Of a DNA stretch of 64,000 bases, positions 46,602 to 54,348 are shown one piece after another. The notes beneath the pieces are model-generated. The model saw nothing but the letters and a program-made list of their open reading frames with translations. It ran no database searches and was not told where the DNA came from. Position numbers and translations under genes: made by a program. Within the stretch, counting starts at the first letter, position 1. Each line of letters opens with the position of its first letter. The stretch spans positions 124,001 through 188,000 of the IMG/VR virus record IMGVR_UViG_3300042516_005475; one strand, 5' to 3'.

Positions 46602-46920
46602 GCGATCGTAGCTCAACGGTAGAGCATCGGCCTTTAATAGGAGCGCTTATAGAGTGATCTATAAGATGAACCGAGCCATATGCGGGGACCTCCTTAGAGC
46701 CTTGAGTACCGTAAGGTAAAAATCTCAAGGATTGGACAATCCGCAGGAAACCAGTAGATTAGTACGCTGTTGGTCATAAATTGGGATCCTCAGAGACTTT
46801 ACGCTTGGCATCTCTAAAAGAGATGATGATAAAGTCCAGACTACAACGGAAACGGCTAGTGAAAACTAGAGTAGTAAGTTAAGCCGGGTGTTGTGGATTC
46901 GAATTCCACCGGTCGCACCA
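46602..46920 (+). tRNA. tRNA-Lys(TTT) interrupted by a group I intron (exons 46602..46634 and 46879..46920)
   Basis: Acceptor GCGATCG/CGGTCGC, A73, CCA; anticodon stem TCGGC/GCCGG; spliced loop CTT|TTAA; 75-nt mature tRNA. Confidence 0.88.
46635..46878 (+). ncRNA. Group I self-splicing intron, 244 nt, no internal ORF
   Basis: P1 CUU/GAG with U.G; P2 hairpin; P3 CCGAGC/GCTTGG; P TGCGGGGA; Q AATCCGCAGG; R TCAGAGACT; P7 GACTTT/AAAGTC; P8 CATCTCT/AGAGATG; P9; terminal G at 46878. Confidence 0.92.
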
Positions 46921-47020
46921 TATTTGCCAACAGGGCTCAGCTTGATGCTTTGGACAGATAACAAAGTCTGATAGAGAGGCTAGTGCAGAAAATCCTGTAT
47001 AAACTGCACATTAATTTTTC

Positions 47021-47098
47021 GGCAAGAGTCCTGATCAGACATGGTAAAGTGCCTGCAGAGGGCACGAGGCAGGTTCAAGTCCTCCATCTTGCCGTTCA
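47021..47098 (+). ncRNA. Degenerate tRNA-like element
   Basis: GGCAAGA/TCTTGCC acceptor, GTGCC-TGCAGAG-GGCAC arm, GGTTCAAGTCC T loop, no CCA. Confidence 0.5.
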
Positions 47099-47216
47099 AT
47101 TTAGTTCTTTTACATTTGAGTTGGAGCTGTATCCGCAAGGACAGCATGGTGTTAGTGAAAGCATTGGAAATGCAGTCTTTCACCGGACTACGACGGTTCC
47201 ATCCAACTCTTTAAAT

Positions 47217-47361
47217 TTATCTGTAGCTCAGCGGTAAGAGCAGAGTTCCTAACTATGGGTAAAGCCCTTAAAAATCTTATGTTAGGTCGTAAAATTGCCT
47301 TGTACTGATATTTTACAAGTTGTAAAAGTAGCCGTTGGTTCGATTCCAACCAGATGAACAA
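47217..47361 (+). ncRNA. tRNA-like RNA with a ~90-nt structured insert replacing the anticodon arm
   Basis: TTATCTG/CAGATGA acceptor, GCTC-AGCGGTAA-GAGC D arm, GTTGG-TTCGATT-CCAAC T arm, ends ACAA. Confidence 0.6.
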
Positions 47362-47454
47362 TTACGCCCGGAGAATACCCGATAAATAGGACACTTAATT
47401 TGGTTCCCCATCAGAGGATTAAAACGCCAATTAAAAGACCGGCGACAATTTTAT

Positions 47455-47586
47455 GCCAGGAGAGCGCGAGTAATACGCCTTCAGCTAGATGTAGTAATTA
47501 GCGTCTAGCAACGAGAAGAACAAAGGAAACCGAAGTAATTACCGGCTAACCTTTTATAGGTGGATAAAGAACCACCCCTGACACCA
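47455..47586 (+). ncRNA. CCA-terminated structured RNA of unknown class
   Basis: GCCAGG/CCTGAC-A-CCA closing stem, GGTGG/CCACC terminal arm, three internal elements carrying AGTAAT. Confidence 0.45.
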
Positions 47587-47590
47587 ATTT

Positions 47591-47725
47591 AACAAGACAG
47601 ATAGACGTGTAAGTAAGCTTTGGAAGCCACCCATAAGTGGGTGACTGGGTTCGATTCCCAGGAGCTTATTAGGGAACAAACTGCCATCTCGACGAGAGAG
47701 CGTAGGTGAAATCCTGAAACTTGTT
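47591..47725 (+). ncRNA. Structured RNA containing a D-armless tRNA-like domain (47614..47668)
   Basis: AACAAG/CTTGTT closing stem; TAAGCTT/GAGCTTA; CACCCA-TAAG-TGGGTG; CTGGG-TTCGATT-CCCAG. Confidence 0.5.
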
Positions 47726-47736
47726 TCAAATTTTAT

Positions 47737-47765
47737 TTGCAGTTCCTGTTACTTTCAGTTAAACT
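47737..47765 (+). promoter_or_regulatory. TTCCTG-box sigma70-like promoter
   Basis: TTGCAG-TTCCTG..17..TAAACT. Confidence 0.75.
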
Positions 47766-47786
47766 AAACGTAGTAAAAATAAAAAA

Positions 47787-48089
47787 ATGAACAAAGAAAT
47801 CGTTAACATCGTTCGGGACCGCAAGGGTAATCCTCGTGGTTATGTTGTCGCTACTAAGCTCGAGAATGGTAAGGTTGGCCTTGGCTGGTCTTATGTTAAT
47901 GTTAAGGCTGGAGATCGCTTCGACAAGTATCTCGGCCAAAAGATCGCCATGAATCGAGCCTTTACTGGTACTGATAAGTTTGTGCCTCGTGACGTGATGA
48001 AGGTGATTGATCGGGTGTCTTCTCGCGCTGTGAAGTACTTCAAGGCTCCTATTGATGCCTACCCTCAGCAAGTTGTTACTGTTGCGTAA
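47787..48089 (+). CDS. Early hypothetical protein
   Basis: ORF track; strong C/T-ending codon bias. Confidence 0.65.
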   Translation: MNKEIVNIVRDRKGNPRGYVVATKLENGKVGLGWSYVNVKAGDRFDKYLGQKIAMNRAFTGTDKFVPRDVMKVIDRVSSRAVKYFKAPIDAYPQQVVTVA

Positions 48090-48104
48090 ACAATTGCTAA
48101 TGTT

Positions 48105-48311
48105 ATGATTAAAATCCTTGTTGATCTCGATACTGAAGGTGACAGCTTCAGAGGTAATATGTCTGGAGAAGTCACCAAGATCTCTAGGGATATTGGTGAA
48201 ATGATCTTGGAAGTAATTAGCAAAGATGCTACTTGTGTATCGCGAGATATCATCGATGCTGGAGATAATAAAATTGGTGTAGTAACTATTACTAATCCTT
48301 GGAGGGAATAA
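48105..48311 (+). CDS. Small hypothetical protein
   Basis: ORF track. Confidence 0.55.
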   Translation: MIKILVDLDTEGDSFRGNMSGEVTKISRDIGEMILEVISKDATCVSRDIIDAGDNKIGVVTITNPWRE

Positions 48312-48333
48312 CTAAAAGGGCATAAATATCTTT

Positions 48334-49731
48334 ATGCCTGTTAACAGTAATGTAACAACTCCTAATTACCAAACTTTAGAGTATCAAAAGTTTGTCCAAA
48401 TATATAATGATACTAGATTCCCTCCAATAACAAGTGTAAGATCTGACTATTATAGCGGTACACAGATTGAGATATATGATAAGTATGCTGTATTAACTTT
48501 TGATATTGGGCAAAATGCAGCTCTAGGACCAGCTAATACGTTGCCGTTTGGAGATAATGCTGCTAGTGATGCCTTTGGTAGACTGAGAGTTTCTCTCCCA
48601 TCTACCTTATTTAACTCTAAACAAAATAATGATAGTAATTCTTTACTCTATAGCACAGCAACTGTAAATACAGGTAGTTGGTATTTTGATAACAATAATG
48701 CCTGTACAGTCTTATCTGTTTCAGCAACAGGAGATGTTGCTATAAAGCAGTCAAAAAAGTATATGAATTATCAGCCTGGCAAATCCCAGCTGATATTCGA
48801 AACCTTTGTAATGCCTAACACAGCAGGCATAGTTAACAGAGTTGGTTTATTTGATAGCTCAACAACTTCTCCATATAGCAATAATATTGAGGGTTATTAT
48901 TTTCAATGTAATAATGGAGTAAATTCTTTCCATATTGCTAATGTTGGTGACGAGCCAAGCCAAAGCGCTTTACAATCTGAATGGAACATAGACAAGCTTA
49001 ACGGTACAGGTTTATCTGGTATAACATTAGATGTTACAAAAACCCAGATTTTAGTAATAGATTACGAGTGGTTAGGGGTAGGGAGAGTTAGAATGGGGTT
49101 CTGTATTAATGGTATTATATTTTATTGTCATCAATTCGTTCATGCAAATGAAGTCTCTCTTCCTTATCTCCAAGATCCAAACAAACCTATTAGATATGAA
49201 ATTAGAAGCACAGGTGGAATAGGTTCATTAAAACAAATATGCGCTAGTGTTATGAGTGAAGGTGGAAGTGTTGATAACGCTATCCCGTTATCTATTGATA
49301 CTGGGTTTGACAGTATTGGTAATATTTCAAGCAATACATTATGGCCAGCTATAACTGTTAGACTAAAAGATTCTTTTAAGAGTGTAGATATACAATTAAA
49401 AGACTTTGCTGCAATGGCTTTCTCAACTACTAATACTCTTGTAAGAGTAGTATCAAATGGTGTTATTTCTAATTCAGCAGCCTTTGTTGATATGAGCTCT
49501 GGGGCCTTGGAATATAGTATAGGCACTACTTCTACTACTCTTACTGGAGGTGTTATATTATTCAGCTCTTTTTTTAATAAGGCCAGCAATACTATTAGTC
49601 AATTAGGAGAGTCTTTATATAGTTTAGGTAGCAACATAAACGGCACCAAAGATACATTATCATTAGTATTAGTTCCATGTGGAGGAAATGAAAAGTATTT
49701 TGCTGCAATGAACTTCAAACAGTACCTATAA
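48334..49731 (+). CDS. Probable virion structural beta-rich protein
   Basis: SDAFGRLRVS, YQPGKSQL, DYEWLGVGRVRMG; Ser/Thr/Asn-rich; ATAAATA 12 nt upstream. Confidence 0.6.
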   Translation: MPVNSNVTTPNYQTLEYQKFVQIYNDTRFPPITSVRSDYYSGTQIEIYDKYAVLTFDIGQNAALGPANTLPFGDNAASDAFGRLRVSLPSTLFNSKQNNDSNSLLYSTATVNTGSWYFDNNNACTVLSVSATGDVAIKQSKKYMNYQPGKSQLIFETFVMPNTAGIVNRVGLFDSSTTSPYSNNIEGYYFQCNNGVNSFHIANVGDEPSQSALQSEWNIDKLNGTGLSGITLDVTKTQILVIDYEWLGVGRVRMGFCINGIIFYCHQFVHANEVSLPYLQDPNKPIRYEIRSTGGIGSLKQICASVMSEGGSVDNAIPLSIDTGFDSIGNISSNTLWPAITVRLKDSFKSVDIQLKDFAAMAFSTTNTLVRVVSNGVISNSAAFVDMSSGALEYSIGTTSTTLTGGVILFSSFFNKASNTISQLGESLYSLGSNINGTKDTLSLVLVPCGGNEKYFAAMNFKQYL

Positions 49732-49736
49732 TTTAG

Positions 49737-49765
49737 TTGCCTTTCCTGTTCAGGTAAATTATACT
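49737..49765 (+). promoter_or_regulatory. TTCCTG-box sigma70-like promoter
   Basis: TTGCCT-TTCCTG..17..TATACT; ATG at 49777. Confidence 0.78.
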
Positions 49766-49776
49766 GTAGGAAGAAT

Positions 49777-50793
49777 ATGGAACGTAAACTTGCTAGTGTT
49801 CGTAAGATTCAAGAAATTAAGCTCATCGAAGGTGCTGACAAGATTTGCGCCTACCGAGTTGATGGTTGGTGGGTTGTAGATAGTATTAATAAGTATAATG
49901 TTGGTGATCTTGTGGTCTACTACGAGATTGATAGCTTTCTACCAATCACTCCTCAATTTGAGTTTCTCCGCAAGTCTTCATTCAAGAAGATGGGTGAACG
50001 TGAAGGCTTTAGGCTCAAGACTATTAAGCTCAAGGGCCAGCTCAGCCAAGGTCTCTTGACTAAAATTCCAATTGGTCTCATTGTACCTCCTAAGGAAAAT
50101 GATGACATGACTGAGTTGCTCGGCATTATCAAGTATGAGCCTCCTATTCCTGCTGAGCTAGCTGGTGAGATCAAGGGTTCGTTCCCTAGCTTCATCCCTA
50201 AGACTGATGAGGTTCGTATTCAGAACTTTGAAAGGGAAGTTGGGGTTTCTATCGCTAATGAGCGAGTTTACGCTACTGAGAAGGTTGATGGTACTAGCTT
50301 TACTTGTTATGTTAACAATGGTGAGTTTGGTGTTTGTGGTCGCAATTGGGAGTTGAAGGAGACTCAAGGTAACTCTCTTTGGCGAATGGCTAACAAGCTC
50401 AATCTTCGTGAGAAGCTCTTGAGTCTCAATCTTAACATTGCCTTGCAGGGTGAGTTGTTTGGTAGTGGAATTAATGGTAATTGGTACAAGCTCAATGATC
50501 ACCGACTCATGTTCTTTACTGGATATGATATTGATAATCAAAAGCGATTGCAGTTTAATGAGTTAATGAACTTGTTGGATAGTTTGCAGTTGGAAAGTGT
50601 TCCTGTTATTGATTATATTGCTACTATTCCAGATGGTACTATGGCTGAGATCGTTGAGTGGTCTTTGTTGTATGCTGAGTCTGAGAGTAATATTAATGCT
50701 GCTGTAGAGAACGAAGGTGTTGTTATTCGTGGTCTTGAGAAGGAGTTTAGCTTCAAGGCTATTAGTAACAAGTGGCTCCTTAGTGAAAAGTAA
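49777..50793 (+). CDS. RNA ligase (Rnl2-like, DRB0094-type with N-terminal tRNA-binding/OB domain)
   Basis: RKLASVRKI..IEGAD, YYEIDS, LKGQLSQG, PKTDEVRIQN, TEKVDGTS, QGELFG, EGVVIR, FKAISNKWLL. Confidence 0.9.
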   Translation: MERKLASVRKIQEIKLIEGADKICAYRVDGWWVVDSINKYNVGDLVVYYEIDSFLPITPQFEFLRKSSFKKMGEREGFRLKTIKLKGQLSQGLLTKIPIGLIVPPKENDDMTELLGIIKYEPPIPAELAGEIKGSFPSFIPKTDEVRIQNFEREVGVSIANERVYATEKVDGTSFTCYVNNGEFGVCGRNWELKETQGNSLWRMANKLNLREKLLSLNLNIALQGELFGSGINGNWYKLNDHRLMFFTGYDIDNQKRLQFNELMNLLDSLQLESVPVIDYIATIPDGTMAEIVEWSLLYAESESNINAAVENEGVVIRGLEKEFSFKAISNKWLLSEK

Positions 50794-50813
50794 GGAGAGT
50801 TAATAAATATTCA

Positions 50814-53800
50814 GTGATGACACTGAGCAATTTCTTAACCGAGGCAGCAGTAAATTACAAGATTGGTAGTGGTAACCCAGAGAAGATGCTCTATGACTTT
50901 TATGTCTTGAGCTTCATCTCTACCATTAACTTAACACCTGAGAAGGCCAAGACTGGAACCTTTGGAGATCTTGGATTCCAGGGTGGGTTTCTCGGTAAAT
51001 CTGATAGAGTCAAGGAGGACATTGAGTACGCTCAAGATGTCCTCCTTCCTGTGTTAAAAGAGAAGCTAGTAAAAGGTTTGTTTGTATCTATCTGTGCTGA
51101 AATCAGACACATAAAAGATAGACCACAAAGCTATAAAGACACACCATTAGCAACATCCAAGGTATTCAGAGACTACTATCGCAATTATACTTTAATAGAT
51201 AAAAGTTTACCAAAAGAGTTTGAGATAAAGAGATTAAGAGAGCCTAAAAGCGCTATTCCAAAGTCTGAAGCTTACAAGAGATCCTATCAGGCGGCAACAA
51301 AGGCTATTAAAGACACAAATTCTACTCCATATGAGTTTGTTCAGATGTGTGAATATGCCTTTAAGAACATGTCATGGGCTGCTAGTTACGGTGGTAAGAA
51401 CTGGGCTGCTATTTGCGCTGGGTACAGATTGTTAGTAGATTCTAAGTCAAAGGATCAGGTATCTGTAGCTATTGACCATGCATATGACCTTGAGCATAAC
51501 ACAGGTGCGGCTCTTAACAAGGTAAAGGATTTCTACATTACTGATAAAAATGGTAGAGAAGACTTTGATTGGATGGGCAAAGCATTGGATCTCAAGCGCG
51601 ACGCTAAGTCCATGAACAAGCTCATTGACAAGTGTAGCGGTGATATGAAGAGATTAGCCTTGCAGGCTATGGCCTTATCTCCAATTGACTACATGAAGAA
51701 GAAGACTCCAGCTCCAGAGACTGTGATGCAGCAAACAGCATCTAAAGTAGGTGGAGAGTACTTAAATGCCTTTAATGAAGGAGCACCTAAGAAGTATAGA
51801 ACAAAAGAAACTAAAAAGGAAGAGAAGGCTGATTTAAGTGAAGTAAAGGTAGTTCCAGGCCCTAAGCATGGATTAACAGCAGTAACCAAATATCAAGAAG
51901 ATAATGTTTATTATGATGAGTATTTAAAAACCTATGTGTATGTTGTTAAGAAAGTGCCAGAAACAAAATCTGGAATAATTGTAAAATTAGCTGCTATAAC
52001 AAAAGAAACCCCTAAAGAGATTTTAAAGAAGCAAATTGATCTACACAACAAAGGAAATAATACTTATGTTAGTATCGACATGAACTTATTAAATTTAAGT
52101 CCAACAGATTTAGCTAACTTTTTTAATGAGGAAATACCAGTAACATCAAACGTAACAAAATTTAAATTAGCTCCTGCGCCTAAAGACTCTTCACATGCTC
52201 CTTACATTTTTCAAAAAAACAAATATTATTATGATAGTTTTTTAAATGTTTATGTAGAGTTTATTAAACCAGACCCTGATTCTAAACTTGGAATAATTGT
52301 TTCTTTAGTAGCAGTTACTCCAAATTCTGCTATTTCTCTACTTCAAAATAAAATTAAGGCCTATAATAAAGAACATGCTTATTTGAATACCTATGTCGCT
52401 GCGGAAAACGACCTTATGGGAGTTAGCCCAAAGGATGAAGAATCCTTAAAAGCTGCTGTATCTGGTAAGACTCCAATTAAATCACCAGAAGATCAATACG
52501 AAAGAGAGGAAAAGCAGTCAAAAGAGTATATTAGCAAGCTAGTACCTAATGCTCCTATGCCTATCACTGGTAGTAAGGTTAATAAGTTTAGTGATGATAA
52601 AATTTATTATGACAGCAAGACAAAGGCTTATGTAAAATATAAACATAAGAGTGGCTGGACAGATCCTAAAATAATGGAATTGTATGCAACAACATATTTT
52701 TCGGATACAGCTTTATTAAAAAGAAAAATTGAACTGTTTAAAAAGGAATTTGGTCAAAATAAACAATATGTAGCTGCAATAAAAGATATTATTGAGATTG
52801 ATGAATCTGATACAAACAAAGTAAAACAAGTAGTAGATGGAGAGAAGTCTGAGGTTAAGAAGCCTAATTTAGATGTATATTTCGCAAAGTATAAATTTGG
52901 TGATAAGGTCTTTTTAGATGTTAAAAAATCTGTATCTGGTCAAGTAATAGAGAACTTTTTTGAAGATAATGATGAGTATTACAAAATTAAAGTAATTGAT
53001 AATGCATCATATACTGGCGCTAGTTCTCCTTATGGAATAGGTAAAATCTTTACAAAAACTGCAAAGTATATAGATGACTTAAACCCAAAATACAAAGTAA
53101 CTGACAGAGTAATTTTAATACAATCCGGTAGTGAAGGTATTATTGTTCAGACCCCATTCAAGCAAGACGCTACATCTAATTATCTTATTAAGATTACAAA
53201 AGCAGGAGAGTCAAATGCCTTTAAAAAAGGAGAAGAAATTGTAGTTAATACCAGCCGTATCGCCCCTTTGAAGAGGGAGAATGCTAGCGCAAGAACTAAT
53301 GCTATTAAGAAGCAGAGTGCTCCAGGTAATATACCGTCAGAGGCCTGGGATAAAATGAGCGAAAAAGTAAAGAACATCTTTGCTCCATATAAGAAAAACA
53401 AAAACACTTCTTATGTTTATTATACTGAGAAAGGAGGCAGACAATTAGGTTTGTATGGTGTAATTGAAAAATTTTACTACAGTCAGGTTGGCGGTACAGA
53501 ATTACTTACAGTAGAATTTAGATATTTTGTTTCTGCTGCATCTCAAGCTTCTTTTACAACAATATCTGAGAATAATTTTAATAAACTACAAGATTACAAA
53601 TCTGCTTTAGAAAGTGTAAATGATTCACCTCTTTACAATGCTCCTTCTCAAAACTTAGATTCTGCATTAATGCTAAAAGACTATCAAACTGATATTAATG
53701 GAGAGGTATTTTATCATATACCAGCTCAGCAATATGTAAAGGTTAAGTCAAAAGGGGCTGGAATTCATACAGGTATATACTTTTCAGTTGTTCCAGTAGC

Positions 53801-54314
53801 AAAGACTAAATTCACCCCAGCTTATTATACATTTAACTGGGCAGAAATAACAGCAACAACTAAAGATTTGCAAGAATTATCTATCAAGGCAATAGAATAT
53901 TTGAAAAAACACTCTGGTGATATTGTTAAAGAGTTAATGCCAAAAGAAAACCCAGATGAAGTTAAAACACCTGGAAAAGTAAAGCCTGTTGAGATGAATG
54001 CATATGAAAAGGAAATACCTGTTCATTATATAAAGAATGAAGACTTCTTAGAATTAATTGATGCTCAGGCACTATCTTCTCAGTCTGAAATCAGAAGAGA
54101 TCAATTTTATTATGATGTTACAACAAAGTTAGTAGTAAGTCCAATAACTTCTAAAAAGCAATTTGGTGATGCTAGTAAGACTTTAGATGTAGCACCATAT
54201 GAAAAGATTTTAATTAACTATTCAGGAGAGAAAACACCTAGAGGAGAGAAAATTATAGTACCTAAAACAATGTCTGTGTATGTGACTGATTTGCATAAAA
54301 TCCTAGATTATTAG
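50814..54314 (+). CDS. Very large putative head-packaged protein; conserved N-domain plus repeated C-terminal modules
   Basis: MTLSNFLTE; LYDFYVLS, SYGGKNWAAICAGY, AIDHAYDLEHNTG; repeated YYD...YV modules. Confidence 0.65.
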   Translation: MMTLSNFLTEAAVNYKIGSGNPEKMLYDFYVLSFISTINLTPEKAKTGTFGDLGFQGGFLGKSDRVKEDIEYAQDVLLPVLKEKLVKGLFVSICAEIRHIKDRPQSYKDTPLATSKVFRDYYRNYTLIDKSLPKEFEIKRLREPKSAIPKSEAYKRSYQAATKAIKDTNSTPYEFVQMCEYAFKNMSWAASYGGKNWAAICAGYRLLVDSKSKDQVSVAIDHAYDLEHNTGAALNKVKDFYITDKNGREDFDWMGKALDLKRDAKSMNKLIDKCSGDMKRLALQAMALSPIDYMKKKTPAPETVMQQTASKVGGEYLNAFNEGAPKKYRTKETKKEEKADLSEVKVVPGPKHGLTAVTKYQEDNVYYDEYLKTYVYVVKKVPETKSGIIVKLAAITKETPKEILKKQIDLHNKGNNTYVSIDMNLLNLSPTDLANFFNEEIPVTSNVTKFKLAPAPKDSSHAPYIFQKNKYYYDSFLNVYVEFIKPDPDSKLGIIVSLVAVTPNSAISLLQNKIKAYNKEHAYLNTYVAAENDLMGVSPKDEESLKAAVSGKTPIKSPEDQYEREEKQSKEYISKLVPNAPMPITGSKVNKFSDDKIYYDSKTKAYVKYKHKSGWTDPKIMELYATTYFSDTALLKRKIELFKKEFGQNKQYVAAIKDIIEIDESDTNKVKQVVDGEKSEVKKPNLDVYFAKYKFGDKVFLDVKKSVSGQVIENFFEDNDEYYKIKVIDNASYTGASSPYGIGKIFTKTAKYIDDLNPKYKVTDRVILIQSGSEGIIVQTPFKQDATSNYLIKITKAGESNAFKKGEEIVVNTSRIAPLKRENASARTNAIKKQSAPGNIPSEAWDKMSEKVKNIFAPYKKNKNTSYVYYTEKGGRQLGLYGVIEKFYYSQVGGTELLTVEFRYFVSAASQASFTTISENNFNKLQDYKSALESVNDSPLYNAPSQNLDSALMLKDYQTDINGEVFYHIPAQQYVKVKSKGAGIHTGIYFSVVPVAKTKFTPAYYTFNWAEITATTKDLQELSIKAIEYLKKHSGDIVKELMPKENPDEVKTPGKVKPVEMNAYEKEIPVHYIKNEDFLELIDAQALSSQSEIRRDQFYYDVTTKLVVSPITSKKQFGDASKTLDVAPYEKILINYSGEKTPRGEKIIVPKTMSVYVTDLHKILDY

Positions 54315-54348
54315 TTGATTCTTAAAAATCATTGGTTATAATAATTAC

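Noticed and set aside
46602-46920. Reading the split tRNA as Asn(GTT) (CT|GTTAA)
   Set aside because: The intron would end in A rather than the obligatory G, and P1 CUU/GAG fits the 34/35 site. A73 and G1-C72 fit Lys, and an intact Asn(GTT) already exists at 33110.
46980-47237. ORFs 46980..47183 and 46983..47237
   Set aside because: No start context or protein-like features; they overlap tRNA-like folds that explain the sequence better.
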